Notes under the pieces: model-generated
Seen by the model: only the letters and a program-made list of their open reading frames with translations
Told to the model about the DNA's origin: nothing
The model's database searches: none
Origin: Eledone cirrhosa
Taxonomy: Eukaryota
Direction of reading: 5' to 3'
Assembly: GCA_964016885.1 (NCBI GenBank)
Contig: OZ024740.1
Span: 262,880,001 to 262,944,000 of the forward strand
Length of the DNA stretch: 64,000 nucleotides
Made by a program: the position numbers and the translations under genes
In this document: piece by piece, positions 43,763-57,100 of the stretch
Layout of the letters: each line of letters opens with the position of its first letter
Numbering within the stretch: position 1 is the first letter of the stretch

Positions 43763-44830
43763 ATAATAATACATTTGAAGACTAAAATCCAAAGAGGGCT
43801 CGATAAGGATAAATATATATCAAATATATAAGAACCGTAGAGCAAATATTTATTAAAATAACAGATTAAAGTTTAAGCAAAGAATCGCTGCTTTCACCCT
43901 TAACGGGATCTTCTGAAACTAACAAAGTCAATCTGTGAACGCAGAAGTGAATATTTCCAAAAACGTTGCAACAGGAGGAAGACAGGAAGACGATACTTTG
44001 GTTCGTGGAAATCTTCCCTGGCAAAGAACGGGAAAAACGAATATAATACGTCATTATTTGGAGCGGTGAAAAACAATTACACGCAAAGACAGAACCACGT
44101 TTATGTTATAAAAGAAGTCGTAGACTAATATTCTCTTAGGTGGTTCATAGAGAGGTTCTCTGGCAATGAACGGAAATAACGAAGATAATACGTCATGTGT
44201 GGAGCGTAGAGAACAATAGCACGCAAAGACAAAACCACGTAAATGGTATAACTGAAGTCGTAGACTAAAATTCTAACTAGGAAACCGAATGATTCTCGGC
44301 TTCAGAGTTAAGAATAAAGTAAATAAAATACAGAGGTAATTGAAATTAAATAAATACATACACGCATCCATATATTGCATACACAAGCATACGCGAAAAC
44401 ACTCGCCATAGGTATACAAATACACGCACATATAAATATGTGTGTGTGTGTGTGTGTGTGCGTGTATACAAATAATTAAATATACGATATAAATAAATAA
44501 ATACGTATATAACAAGCGGACCCACATACATACATGTAAATACACATATGTTCGGAGACTACGTCAACCAAAACACGAAGTACACATATACACACGCCCT
44601 ACATACGTACGAACCCGCATATTCACACAGACGCAAAACTCACGTATAGACATAACCAAAAGCATATGTACCAGAATATATAAAATATACGCCATAACAT
44701 ATACAATCAAATATACGTACGAGAAAGTATACGTAACTTCACAAAACATACAGGTCACAGATTGACTTTGTTAGTTTCAAAACATCCCGTTAAGGGTGAA
44801 AGCAGCGATTCTTTGCTTAAACTTTAATAA
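43758..44830. mobile_element. Element bounded by inverted family A pseudo-LTRs, with an internal ~140-bp tandem duplication
   Basis: 43865-43938 is the reverse complement of 44755-44828. 43997-44135 resembles 44145-44275. Confidence 0.75.
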
Positions 44831-44854
44831 ATAATCAAAATAATTAATATATAT

Positions 44855-45042
44855 ATAGTAGGAAAATAAACAACCAAATTCTTGAAAAAATATTTATTTG
44901 TTTACAATGAAATCACATAGGCCTATTCATTTATATATTGATAGGTCTCAATATTATTGATCAAACTGTGATTTTGTCCTCTGAAACAATTGTAAACAAA
45001 TAAATATTTTTTGAAGAATTTAGTTACCTATTCTCCTACTAT
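44855..45042. repeat. Inverted repeat (~54-bp arms) containing the 3' half of a long-stem-II hammerhead
   Basis: Arms at 44855-44908 and 44989-45042, an internal hairpin AAATCACA...TGTGATTT, then GAAAC-AATT-GTA. Confidence 0.6.
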
Positions 45043-45913
45043 CCATTTTTAATATTTACGCCTATATACTTATTAGATGGCTTATATTTCTCTTGCTTGG
45101 TTTCACTGCACGCTTGTCTTGCATCCTATACGTATTGAGCACACTGTCCTCTTCACTACTGGCTTATAATTCTCACAAACTAATCTCTAATCTCTCCTTC
45201 TTGATTGGATTGTACACTTACGTTTGATATATTTATATGGAATAGACGTGGCTTTTAATTTTTGAAATAGTGGCAAAAAAGAGAGAGAACAAGTAATATA
45301 AAAGGGTGTCCGAGAGAATGTGTGTGTGTGAGTGTGTGTGTGTGTGTGTGTATGTGTGTGTGTGTGTGAGAGAGAGGGAGATAGAGAGATGTGAATTGAT
45401 GTAGACATGTGTGAATCTTTAATATGTGTGTAGGTTTGCTCATAAAAACAAATCTTATTAGGAACAAATCGACTAAACCTCTACTCCTTTAGTTTGACAA
45501 TCTGGGAAAAACCGTGCATTCAACATATACATACATGAAAGCAAGCCAAAGCCGTCTTGGCAGCTGGGAAGTAGTCAGCAGTAGAACAGGCAAGCAGGCA
45601 TATATAGACCAGCAATCTAAGCCGTTCGTCCGACCGGCACCTCACACTAAGAAGAACAAGGCTACTTCAGTACCCTCATTAACGAATCTTACACTAGCTG
45701 TTTACTTATGGTGAAGAGTTTCCTTTTTTTCCTTAAGTTTGCTTCAGGTGAAACCCCAGGCTAATTCATTTTGCGATAAACTCATATTGGCAGGTGCGTA
45801 GTAAGCTAGGCGCTTCTAGCCTACATTCCTGACTCTCTTCATTAGGATTAAGAGGTGGATATATCCCTCCCACTACACAATGTGCTGCCACAACAATATC
45901 CTTTTCTCTCTTT

Positions 45914-45983
<70 letters not shown>

Positions 45984-46171
45984 ATATATATGTTTATATT
46001 AATATATATCTATATATATATATCTAAATATATATATATTTATTAAAAATGCCCCTAAAGTGTCGCTTCGGGCGACATGTGACCCATACGTCTACGTGTA
46101 GCGGGCTGACCCGTAAACCACCTTATAAACGATTTGGCACCAGTACACAGAAGAATAGAGGACAGAAGGAA

Positions 46172-46177
46172 TTACTG

Positions 46178-46230
<53 letters not shown>

Positions 46231-46234
46231 GCTG

Positions 46235-46298
<64 letters not shown>

Positions 46299-46470
46299 AG
46301 ATAGTGGAGTTGGTGGCGGTTTGACTGCTTATGATGATATTGATGATGGGATGATGACGATGATGATGATGATGATGATGGTAATGATGAGGATGATGAT
46401 GATGTTGTTGTTGATGATGATGATGATGATGATGGTGATGATGATGCGGGCGACGATGATGATGATGAAA
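46172..46470. repeat. (TAC)n and (ATG)n microsatellites
   Basis: Direct reading. Confidence 0.95.
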
Positions 46471-46938
46471 ATAATAATGAAAAATATAAAGAAAATACTA
46501 AGCTAAACCTGAAATCTCAACTTGCTGTTAAATGGCCGCAAGATATAGTGGCGGCAAGATGGATGCCCTCAAAGAAAATATCAGACAAACGCCAGCTTTT
46601 ACTTCAAGTAACCAGATGTTGTTACCAAAAGTTGGCTTTAAGCCCAAAAGCGATAGACGTGGCCTGGAATTTTTGAAATAGTGGCAAAAGACAGAGAACA
46701 AGTAATATAAAAGGAGCGAGACGGAGAGAATCTGTGTGTGAGGTGTGTGAGAGAGTGAGTAAAACAGACTGTGATAACAACGAGAGTGGTGAGGAATATT
46801 AGAGAGAGAGACAGAGGGGGGGGGGGAAGAGTGAAGGTGACGAAGTTGGTAAAGGAGATATATTGTAAGTTTTAGTGCATTAGTATTGTAAGAGTACATC
46901 AATGGGAATAGAAGTGACAGAAAACAAGAAATATAAAG

Positions 46939-46975
<37 letters not shown>

Positions 46976-47903
46976 CATAGATTGATAGAGAGAGAGAGAG
47001 AGAGAGAGGGGGAGAGAGAGAGGGGGTCTAGACTGGGAGCGATAGAGGGAGTGTGCGAAAGGAGAGTCTATATGTAAGACAATATGTGAAATGGTAGAAA
47101 AGAGGGGTAAAACTGATATGGTATTATTATTGAAAGAGAGTGAATGAGAGATATTGAAAGTGTAAATACATCTGATAGGAAAATGAAGTGTAGATATAGA
47201 AGATATATTGTATGGGTACATAAAAAAGAGAAAGATATTAAAGAGTAATGGTGCAAGATAAAGAAGCGAATGATCTATCTCTTTAATTCATAGGTTTTAT
47301 CTCTCTCTCCTCTCTTTCTCCCCCCCCCCCCTTCACTCTCTCTCTATTCTTCATATATATAAGTATATATATATATATATATAAATTTATATATATATAT
47401 ATATACACACACACAAACACACACGCACACACATACGCACGCGCACGCACACACACACACACACATATATATATAAATATATATACAAATATATATATAT
47501 ATATATACATATATATATAGAGAGGGAGGCAGAGAAAGAGAGACGTAGTCAGACAGACAGACAGGCAGCCAGACAGAAAGACAGAGACAGACAGAGGGTG
47601 AGACAGAAGAATATAAGATTAAAAGATTGTGCGACGGTGGTGGTGTGAAAGATAGTGGAGAAATTGCTTGAAGCTATGTTCAGAAATTTTGTAAATACGT
47701 CTGTTGTTTTTATATATTTTTATTATATTTTATTTTAGTTCAAAACAGTATAAACTATTTGGGAATATAGACATATAAGAGATGCAAAAAAATTGACAAC
47801 AATAATAATAACAACAATTACTGTAGCTCAATGGTTCGTGTCACAACCAAGACTACACGTACAAAATAAAATACACACATATAAACGCTTTCACTCTCAG
47901 ACT

Positions 47904-47994
<91 letters not shown>

Positions 47995-48011
47995 TATATA
48001 TATATATATAT

Positions 48012-48332
48012 GATGTTGACTTGTTCTTCTTTTTGGTAAATATCATCTTGGTTAAGAGAGTGGGACTGGCTTTGTGCAGTGCCTTTGCTCACTATAAAAG
48101 CTTCACGGCACAGGCATTGCTTTATATCTGGAGATCTCTCTGCACTTGTCGTCACATGGTACCATGGGCCCAGCACTATGTGTCAATAATTGTCACAAGT
48201 ATAGTGTTTGTACCAGAGTTTTCAAGTCGCTGGCTGGACTAAAAAGTCACACTCGTTCAGCGCATCGGTAAGGGTTCTCCTACATGGATATAAAGTAGTG
48301 GCCGTACTCGAAAACGAGATGGCAGCCACCAT
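48012..48332 (+). repeat. Second copy of the 36566-36890 dispersed repeat
   Basis: Near-identical reverse complement. Confidence 0.85.
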
Positions 48333-48560
48333 ATTTATAGTTATAGTTATGTAAAAAACAACATAAGATAATTATTTCATTTACCAGTGGTTTCTTGAAA
48401 ACGACGGATTGTAACCCATCAAAACTGGAATCTGTACTTTGAGACGCTTAGCTCATGAGATACCATCAGCCCATGAAAAGCTTTTATAGATTAAGAAATG
48501 ACAAAACATATGTCTTGTGACTCTCATACAAATATATATTTATTTATTATTTTGACACTT

Positions 48561-48657
48561 AAAAGTTTAAGCAAATATTTTTTGCTGTCTTCCTTATACG
48601 GGATCTTCTGAAGATCCCGTATAAGGGAGACAGCAGAAATTGTTTGCTGAAACTTTT
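48561..48657. repeat. Fold-back of a diverged family A pseudo-LTR
   Basis: CCTTATACGGGATCTTC-T-GAAGATCCCGTATAAGG palindrome. Confidence 0.75.
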
Positions 48658-48745
48658 GATCTGTGTTAATAAAAAAATAAATTTGCTCCAGGAAAAAAAC
48701 ACATAGACGCACACAGAAACACATATGGACACACACCTACGCACA

Positions 48746-48809
<64 letters not shown>

Positions 48810-48839
48810 TATATATATAGATATATATATATATATAAT

Positions 48840-50840
48840 GGAAAAAATTGAACAGGAACAAAACAGAGAGGCAGTACAACGAATGTTTATTAATTTCACG
48901 CTCTGGAGAGTGGGGTGTTGGTGGGGAACGACGTTTCGGGCATAAGCCCTTCCTCAGGTGAGAAGTGTGTGGGAACAGAGTTCAGAGGGTGTGTAGGGGA
49001 GTGGTGGAGAGACATATAGCGAAAGGAAACGGTGCGAATGAAATTAAAAATAAAAATAAAAATAAAGCATGATCAAAATACAAGGAATGAAATAAATTTA
49101 AATATAAAAGCATGATCAAAATAAACTGAAATTAAAAGGGGGGTAAAACAGGTGGTGGAAGGGTGTGGGGTGTGTAGGGGTGGTGGCGGGTGGAGTGGGA
49201 AGAGGGAGACGGGGTGTCCGAGCGGGGAGGGCTGATGGTGGTGTGTGTGTGTAGGTGTACGTGTGTGTGTGTGTGTGTGTATGTGAAAGTAAGGGTTGGA
49301 GGAAGAACGGGGTTGCATGTTCAGGAAGGGGTGTGTGTGGGGGGGTTGTAGGTCGGAGTGTCTGTGCGTGTGTGGATAGAGGGGTGGGGTGAGAGGAATC
49401 AGGAGGCTGAGGGTGTAAATATGTGGTGGAAAGCACGTGTGTGTGGGGTTTAAGCGTATTGTGGGTGTAGGTGGCATGTGGAGAAAAAAAATGTTTTTGG
49501 GGTGTGTGTGTGGGTGAGTTATATAGGTGATTACGTAAGAGGATGGTTGAAAAGTTGGTAAAATCCGATGATGTTTAGTGGATTCTGTGGTGGTCAAGTT
49601 CTACGTACGAGTATTCCATGAAACGATGGTCGGAAGAGGAGAGATGTGGGGTGGGCACACAACAGGAAGTGGTCAAGCAGTGGGAGTGCTGTGTGTCTGT
49701 TTGTGCTGGGTGGTGGTCAGAGGGCATAGCAGCAGTCGGTGGAATGGTAAAGGGGCGAGGATGGGTAGGTGTGAAAGTTGGAGTGAGGAGGGTGTGTGTG
49801 TGTGTATTAGTAGAGGTGTTAGTGGGATGAGTGAGTGTGGAGCGAGGGTGTGGGTAGAGCGGGGAGAGAAGGGTGTGTGTAGTTCTATGGAGGGAGTGTG
49901 GTGTACTGGTGTGTGTGTAGTTTGATGAAGGGGTGTTAGTGGGTGTTAGTATACGGGAGGTGAGGAGGGGTTGAATGCAGGTGTGAGTGGGGGTTAGTGG
50001 TGGTAGGGTGTGTAGACTTGGTGGTGTACGAGGGTGAATGGGTACGTGTGCGTGGGGTTGGGGGTGTTAGTGATGTTAGTTGCTTGTGGGGTGGGTGGTG
50101 TAAGTGGGTGCGTGTATTTGTGTGCTTGGGGTCAGGGGGTGTTAGTGAGGTTAGTTGCGGGGTGGTGGGATGGAGGTGTGGGGGTGAGAGGTGTGGAGGT
50201 GAGGGTTAGTGGTGGTAGTAGGGTGTGTGTTTAGTGTGAGCGCGTGTATATATGTGCCGGTGGGTGTGTGCGTGTGATAAGGAGGGGGGAGGAGGAGAAG
50301 AAGGGAGGGATGTTAGTATGTTAGTTGGGGAAGGGTGGTCAGATGAGGGGTGGAGTGGAGGTGTTAGTATTGTTAGTTGTGGGGTGGGCGGTGAAAAGAA
50401 GGGGTGTGTTAGTGGTGTTAGTGGGGGATAAGTGTGGGGGGAGGGGGGCGGTCGAAGGCTAAAGGAAAATGGGTGGCGAGTTCTGGCCGGGGGGATTGTG
50501 GGTCTGTAAGATGAAGATAGTTCTTTGTTCGACTCTAAGGCGATTGGCGGGTGCTCCGTGGCACTGGAGTAGGCCAAAGACTGTGAGATGGCGTGCGGAA
50601 TGTCCAGGGCCACCAAAGTGGCGGGCGATGGGGGAACTACCCCCGAGACGAATATCCCGGAGGTGCTCAGTGAATCGCTCCGCCAGGCGACGTCCCGTCT
50701 GTCCGACATAAGTCGTAGACATAAGTCCGTAGACTAGGTTGGAGGAGGTGCAGCGGAAGGCATGCCGGACAGAGAGAGAGTGGCCGTTGGGACCCTGGAA
50801 GGTGGTGGTGTTGGTGATGTGGGGACAGGTGTTGCAGCGA
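48840..50840 (-). mobile_element. 5'-truncated Penelope-like element: GIY-YIG ORF end (50459-50840), long C/A-rich 3' UTR and pseudo-LTR with hammerhead
   Basis: RCNTCPHI...[10 protein letters not shown]...[16 protein letters not shown]...PIARHF...[21 protein letters not shown]. Confidence 0.88.
48927..48960 (-). ncRNA. Canonical PLE minimal hammerhead ribozyme (family H)
   Basis: Minus strand: AC-CTGAGGA-A-GGGC-TTAT-GCCC-GAAAC-GTC-GT. Stem I is short. Confidence 0.8.
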
Positions 50841-50844
50841 TATA

Positions 50845-50918
<74 letters not shown>

Positions 50919-51105
50919 TGTAAATGTATATATATATATATATATATATAGATACATATATATATATAAATGTTTATATATATATATATATATACATATG
51001 TGTGTGTGTGTGTATATATATGTGTGTGTATATGTATATATATATATATATAATATATATATATATACATTTACATATATATATATATATCTATCTCTCT
51101 CTCTC

Positions 51106-51173
<68 letters not shown>

Positions 51174-51399
51174 TATATCGCTTTCACTTTCCGTTGCTTA
51201 AACCATTTTGTTTGTTACCCTAACTTTATTTACGTGTCCCCTTTATTTACGTGTCCCAACGACTTTTTTAGCCGTTGTTCGCACCAACCTGAGGCATATG
51301 CCCTTAAAGCGATGAAATGCCTGGGAAGGTTGGAGGGTCACTGATGAAGGACTCACTTTTTCATATGCACCACCATTTGCAACGCACAGCCATCATTAT

Positions 51400-51435
<36 letters not shown>

Positions 51436-51720
51436 AATATATATATATATATAAGCAGAAGAGATATCTAATTTGTTGGTAATTCAACAAATCGAAATGT
51501 TTATAACTGAATAACTGGTTCAGAGCACTCGACAGAGTTCTGGAGTAAATATTCAATGATATTAAATAAATGGAAACTCTATTAATCTCAGGACAGAATT
51601 ATTTTCTTTTTGCAGACATCGCCAAAATTCCACGTTCAGAACTATGTGTAATTTATAATATTCCTATAAACATTCAAATTGATCCTATCTTGTTTAACAA
51701 TTTAAAATTTTAATATTTTA

Positions 51721-51886
51721 ATATATTAATATTTGTAAATGGTAATATCTCTAATATTTGTAATATTTTCACCTTTCAGCAAACATTTTCTTTTAATATA
51801 TAGATATATATTAAAGGAATATGTTTGCTGAAAGGTGAAAATATTACAAATATTATAGATATTAGCATTTAGAAATATTAATATAT
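51721..51886. repeat. AT-rich imperfect palindrome (~80-bp arms)
   Basis: TAATATTTGTAATATTTTCACCTTTCAGCAAACAT / ATGTTTGCTGAAAGGTGAAAATATTACAAATATTA. Confidence 0.85.
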
Positions 51887-52364
51887 ATATATATATATAT
51901 TAATTCTTTAATTCTTACATCATATTTTCCCAATGACACCCTATAAAGATATTTTTAAACGTTGATTAATAACCATTAACTGACATTAGAACAATTTATC
52001 CTATTCACAGCGATGTTCAAACATTCATATTTCTTTCGCCTAAATAATTTAAATAATCTCACACTAACTCTTAACAATTATCGATTAACAAACACAATTG
52101 GAGTTATATTTCCTTTGCCAATCAGATAAACTTATTATATTATTATATACGTAACTCCGTTAAAAAACATTCTCAATGCCGAACAAGATATTCAAATATA
52201 TAAATTCATAATTTTAACTACCTATTTATTTACATAAAATACAAAATCAACCCCTCCTAGCTCATATTATATACAACCACCTAAAACTTGAACTACCTAT
52301 TTATTTATTTATCTACATAAAACACAAAATCAATACCTTCGTAACTCATATTATAAACAACTAA

Positions 52365-52552
52365 TGGCGGTGTATTGGCAGTATCGGTAGAGGGTTGGAC
52401 GCCATGCTTTCCAGCATAGTTACGTCCCTTTACGATCTGAGTTCAAATCCCGTCGAGGTTGACTTTGCCTTTCATCCTTACGGGGTCGATAAAATAAAGT
52501 ACCAGTAATGCACTGGGTAATTGCTGGCCTTGTGCCTAAAGTAGAAATAATT
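52365..52552 (+). mobile_element. Full-length tRNA-derived SINE
   Basis: A-box TGGCAGTATCGG, B-box GTTCAAATCC and central GCCTTTCATCC...GTCGATAAAAT...TACCAG. About 8 copies or fragments occur in the window. Confidence 0.9.
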
Positions 52553-52993
52553 ATAAACAACTAATAATTGCAAATTATCTTTTTAATAAAAATACATATG
52601 CTATTATTAAAATATATATAGATATTTATATATTTAACCCATTACAATATTATAATTAGATAAATACATACAAACATAATTCTCCATGTAAGTATATACA
52701 TAATATAGGTAAATATTCAAATTTTCACCAAAATTAACGTATATATGTGGTCTTCTTTTTCTTTTTCCTTTTTCTTTTTCTTTCTTTCTCTCCTATAAAG
52801 ATATATCTAAATTTTCCATAGCGTTTAAAATAACGTTTTTTTTAATCATATATCTCAACCTCATTTACATATTCATTTGCATACTCATCCTAACAATTTT
52901 GAAAAATCCGTTCTTTAAATTCACTATCCAAGGAAAATTCAACTGATAAGGTATGTTTCCTTTGCGATATCAACATTTATAAAACACACTTTG

Positions 52994-53055
52994 TATTTTA
53001 TCTGATGAAAGCGTACCAAAGTTTTTGGTACCCTTGAAATATATATAATAGAATA
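52994..53055 (+). ncRNA. Type I hammerhead ribozyme (family F), intact core, 12-bp stem II
   Basis: TATTTTAT-CTGATGA-AAGCGTACCAAA-GTT-TTTGGTACCCTT-GAAA-TATATA-TA-ATAGAATA. Confidence 0.8.
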
Positions 53056-53099
53056 AATATGGTTTTATAAATATAGTTTCCATTTATTTAATATCAGTG

Positions 53100-54125
53100 T
53101 ATATATATTGTTATACTTTGGGAGGGTCATGTTGCCAATAAGAAACACACGGACCAGTTGTTTCACTCCAATTTATTATAAATTAAATTTATAAATTTAA
53201 GAAATTTGTAAATTTCCGGTTGGTTGGTTGGTTTCACAACCGGACGGTTGTTCATATATTGTCAAAATTCTTTCGTCACACATTATGTGACCTCTTCAGT
53301 GACTGGTGATTCTTTTTTTCTTTTGTCTTGTGCCTCTCCTTTGTTCTGTCCTACGTCATCTTTTTGTGTCTGTGTTATGTGATTAGTTTGCGCATGCGTT
53401 ACATCCGCGTGTCTGTGTGTGGTTTTATTTGTTTATTTATTTGTTTATTTACATGTTACTAGTTAGTTGTTTGTTCTATGTGTGTGTGTTTTCATTTTGT
53501 CCTTAATTGTACGTTGCTATTCCATTCATGTTTTCTATTTAATTTTGGCTGGAGTTCATTTATGTTTATTGCCTCTGTGATTTGTCTAAACACTGCGACT
53601 TTTCTGTGTGTAGATTTTATTTTTATTATTTCTATGTTCTCTAATTTGCCCTTATGTTCTATTTTAGCATGTTGGTGGAGTACTGATGATTCTTTTCTAT
53701 CTTGAAGCTCTCGCAAGAGTTCATTTAACCGTTCTCCTATACTACGAGCTTCTCACATATGTACACTATATTCTTATCTTTACATTGTCCCTCAGTATAT
53801 CTTATGCTATATACTAGATTTCTAGTTTTGCAGTTTATATGGGGGCTTAGTTTACAGATTATGCATCTCTTATCTATACAGGGAGGTCTTTGAAAAGGGA
53901 ATGCATTACTAATAAATGTTTTTATTTTCTTTCCACTATCTTAATATTTAGTTTAAGACTAGGGCCCTTCTAAATTTGTAAGCTAGTTCACCTCTATGGG
54001 TTGTATTGTTGAACATTACACTCTGGTATGTATTGTTATCATACCATGTGTTTATTCTATTAACCTTATTCCTAGTTCTTTCAATTCTATTCCAAAATGT
54101 GCTCCTTTACAAGGAGCAAACTTTA
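53100..54125 (-). mobile_element. Penelope-like element 3' part: decayed GIY-YIG ORF (53492-~54120) plus pseudo-LTR
   Basis: CIICK...CKTRNLVYSIR...VYICE...RSIGERLNE...SVLHQHAKIEH...RQITEAININELQPKLNRKHEW. Confidence 0.85.
53261..53303 (-). ncRNA. Type I hammerhead ribozyme (family G), intact core
   Basis: Minus strand: GTCA-CTGAAGA-G-GTCACA-TAATG-TGTGAC-GAAAG-AA-TTT-TGAC. Confidence 0.78.
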
Positions 54126-57100
54126 TCAGTAACTAACACCAGTAACAACACCAGTAACAACATCAGTAACAACACCAGTAACAACAACAGTAACAACAAC
54201 AGTAACAACATCAGTAACAACATCAGTAACAACAACAGTAACAACAACAGTAACAACAAAAGTAATAACAACAGTAACAACATCAGTAACAACATCAGTA
54301 ACAACACCAGTAACAACACCAGTAACAACACCAGTAACAACAACAGTAACAACATGAGTAACAACATGAGTAACAACATCAGTAACAACAACAGTAACAA
54401 CATCAGTAACAACATCAGTAACAACAACAGTAACAACAACAGTAACAACATCAGTAACAACACCAGTAACAACAACAGTAACAACAACAGTAACAACATC
54501 AGTAACAACATCAGTAACAACAACAGTAACAACAACAGTAACAACAACAGTAATAACAACAGTAACAACATCAGTAACAACATCAGTAACAACACCAGTA
54601 ACAACACCAGTAACAACACCAGTAACAACAACAGTAACAACATGAGTAACAACATCAGTAACAACATCAGTAACAACAACAGTAACAACATCAGTAACAA
54701 CATCAGTAACAACAACAGTAACAACAACAGTAACAACGTCAGTAACAACTTCAGTAACAACATCAGTAACAACAGCAGTAACAACACCAGTAACAACACC
54801 AGTAACAACACCAGTAACAACAACAGTAACAACATCAGTAACAACATCAGTAACAACACCAGTAACAACACCAGTAACAACACCAGTAACAACAACAGTA
54901 ACAACAACAGTAACAACAACAGTAACAACATCAGTAACAACATCAGTAACAACATCAGTAACAACATCAGTAACAACAACAGTAACAACAACAGTAACAA
55001 CATCAGTAACAACAACAGTAACAACAACAGTAACAACAACAGTAACAACAACAGTAACAACAACAGTAACAACACCAGTAACAACAACAGTAACAACAAC
55101 AGTAACAAGACCAGTAACAACAACAGTAACAACAAAAGTAACAACACCACTAACAATAACAGTAACAACACCAGTAACAACAACAGTAACAACATGAGTA
55201 ACAACATCAGTAACAACATCAGTAACAACAACAGTAACAACATCAGTAACAACATCAGTAACAACAACAGTAACAACAACAGTAACAACACCAGTAACAA
55301 CAACAGTAACAACAACAGTAACAAGACCAGTAACAACAACAGTAACAACAAAAGTAACAACACCACTAACAATAACAGTAACAACACCAGTAACAACAAC
55401 AGTAACAACATGAGTAACAACATCAGTAACAACATCAGTAACAACAACAGTAACAACATCAGTAACAACATCAGTAACAACAACAGTAACAACAACAGTA
55501 ACAACATCAGTAACAACTTCAGTAACAACATCAGTAACAACAGCAGTAACAACACCAGTAACAACACCAGTAACAACACCAGTAACAACAACAGTAACAA
55601 CATCAGTAACAACATCAGTAACAACACCAGTAACAACACCAGTAACAACACCAGTAACAACAACAGTAACAACAACAGTAACAAAATCAGTAACATCATC
55701 AGTAACAACACCAGTAACAACAACAGTAACAAAAACAGTAACAACAACAGTAACAACAACAGTAAACAACAACAGTAACAACATCAGTAGCAACATCAGT
55801 AACAACATCAGTAACAACACCAGTAACAAAACCAGTAACAACACCAGTAACAACACCAGTAACAAAACCAGTAACAACAACAGTAACAACATCAGTAACA
55901 GCATCAGTAACAACACCAGTAACAACACCAGTAACAATACCAGTAACAACATCAGTAACAACACCAGTAACAACATCAGTAACAACATCAGTAACAGCAT
56001 CAGTAACAACAGCAGTAACAACATCAGTAACAACACCAGTAACAACATCAGTAACAACATCAGTAACAACATCAGTAACTAACACCAGTAACAACACCAG
56101 TAACAACATCAGTAACAACATCAGTAACAACACCAGTAACAACAACAGTAACAACAACAGTAACAAAATCAGTAACATCATCGGTAACAACACCAGTAAC
56201 AACAACAGTAACAAAAACAGTAACAACAACAGTAACAACAACAGTAAACAACAACAGTAACAACATTAGTAGCAACATCAGTAACAACACCAGTAACAAC
56301 AACAGTAACAACAACAGTAACAAAATCAGTAACATCATCGGTAACAACACCAGTAACAACAACAGTAACAAAAACAGTAACAACAACAGTAACAACAACA
56401 GTAAACAACAACAGTAACAACATTAGTAGCAACATCAGTAACAACATCAGTAACAACACCAGTAACAAAACCAGTAACAACACCAGTAACAACAACAGTA
56501 ACAACATCAGTAACAACATCAGTAACAACATCAGTAACAACAACAGTAACAACATCAGTAACAACAACAGTAACAACAACAGTAACAACATCAGTAACAA
56601 CATCAGTAATAACAACTGTAACAACAGCAGTAACAACAACAGTAACAACAACAACAGTAACAACAACAGTAACAACATCAGTAACAACAACAGTAACAAC
56701 ACCAGTAACAACAACAGTAACAACACCAGTAACAACACCAGTAACAACATCAGTAACAACATCAATAATAACAACTGTAACAACAACAGTAACAACAAAA
56801 GTAACAACAACAGTAACAACAACAACAGTAACAACAACAGTAACAACAACAGTAACAACACCAGTAACAAAACCAGTAACAACACCAGTAACAACAACAG
56901 TAACAACACCAGTAACAACACCAGTAACAACAACAGTAACAACACCAGTAACAACATCAGTAACAACACCAGTAACAACAACAGTAACAACAACAGTAAC
57001 AAAACCAGTAACAACAACAGTAACAACACCAGTAACAACACCAGTAACAACATCAGTAACAACAACAGTAACAACAACAGTAACAACAACAGTAACAACA

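Noticed and set aside
49900-50430. Interstitial telomere (GGGTTAG/GTGTTAG)
   Set aside because: These are scattered words within the G/T-rich PLE 3' UTR, not a tandem array.
52365-52460. tRNA gene
   Set aside because: A and B boxes are present, but there is no cloverleaf and the sequence continues into a multi-copy SINE body.
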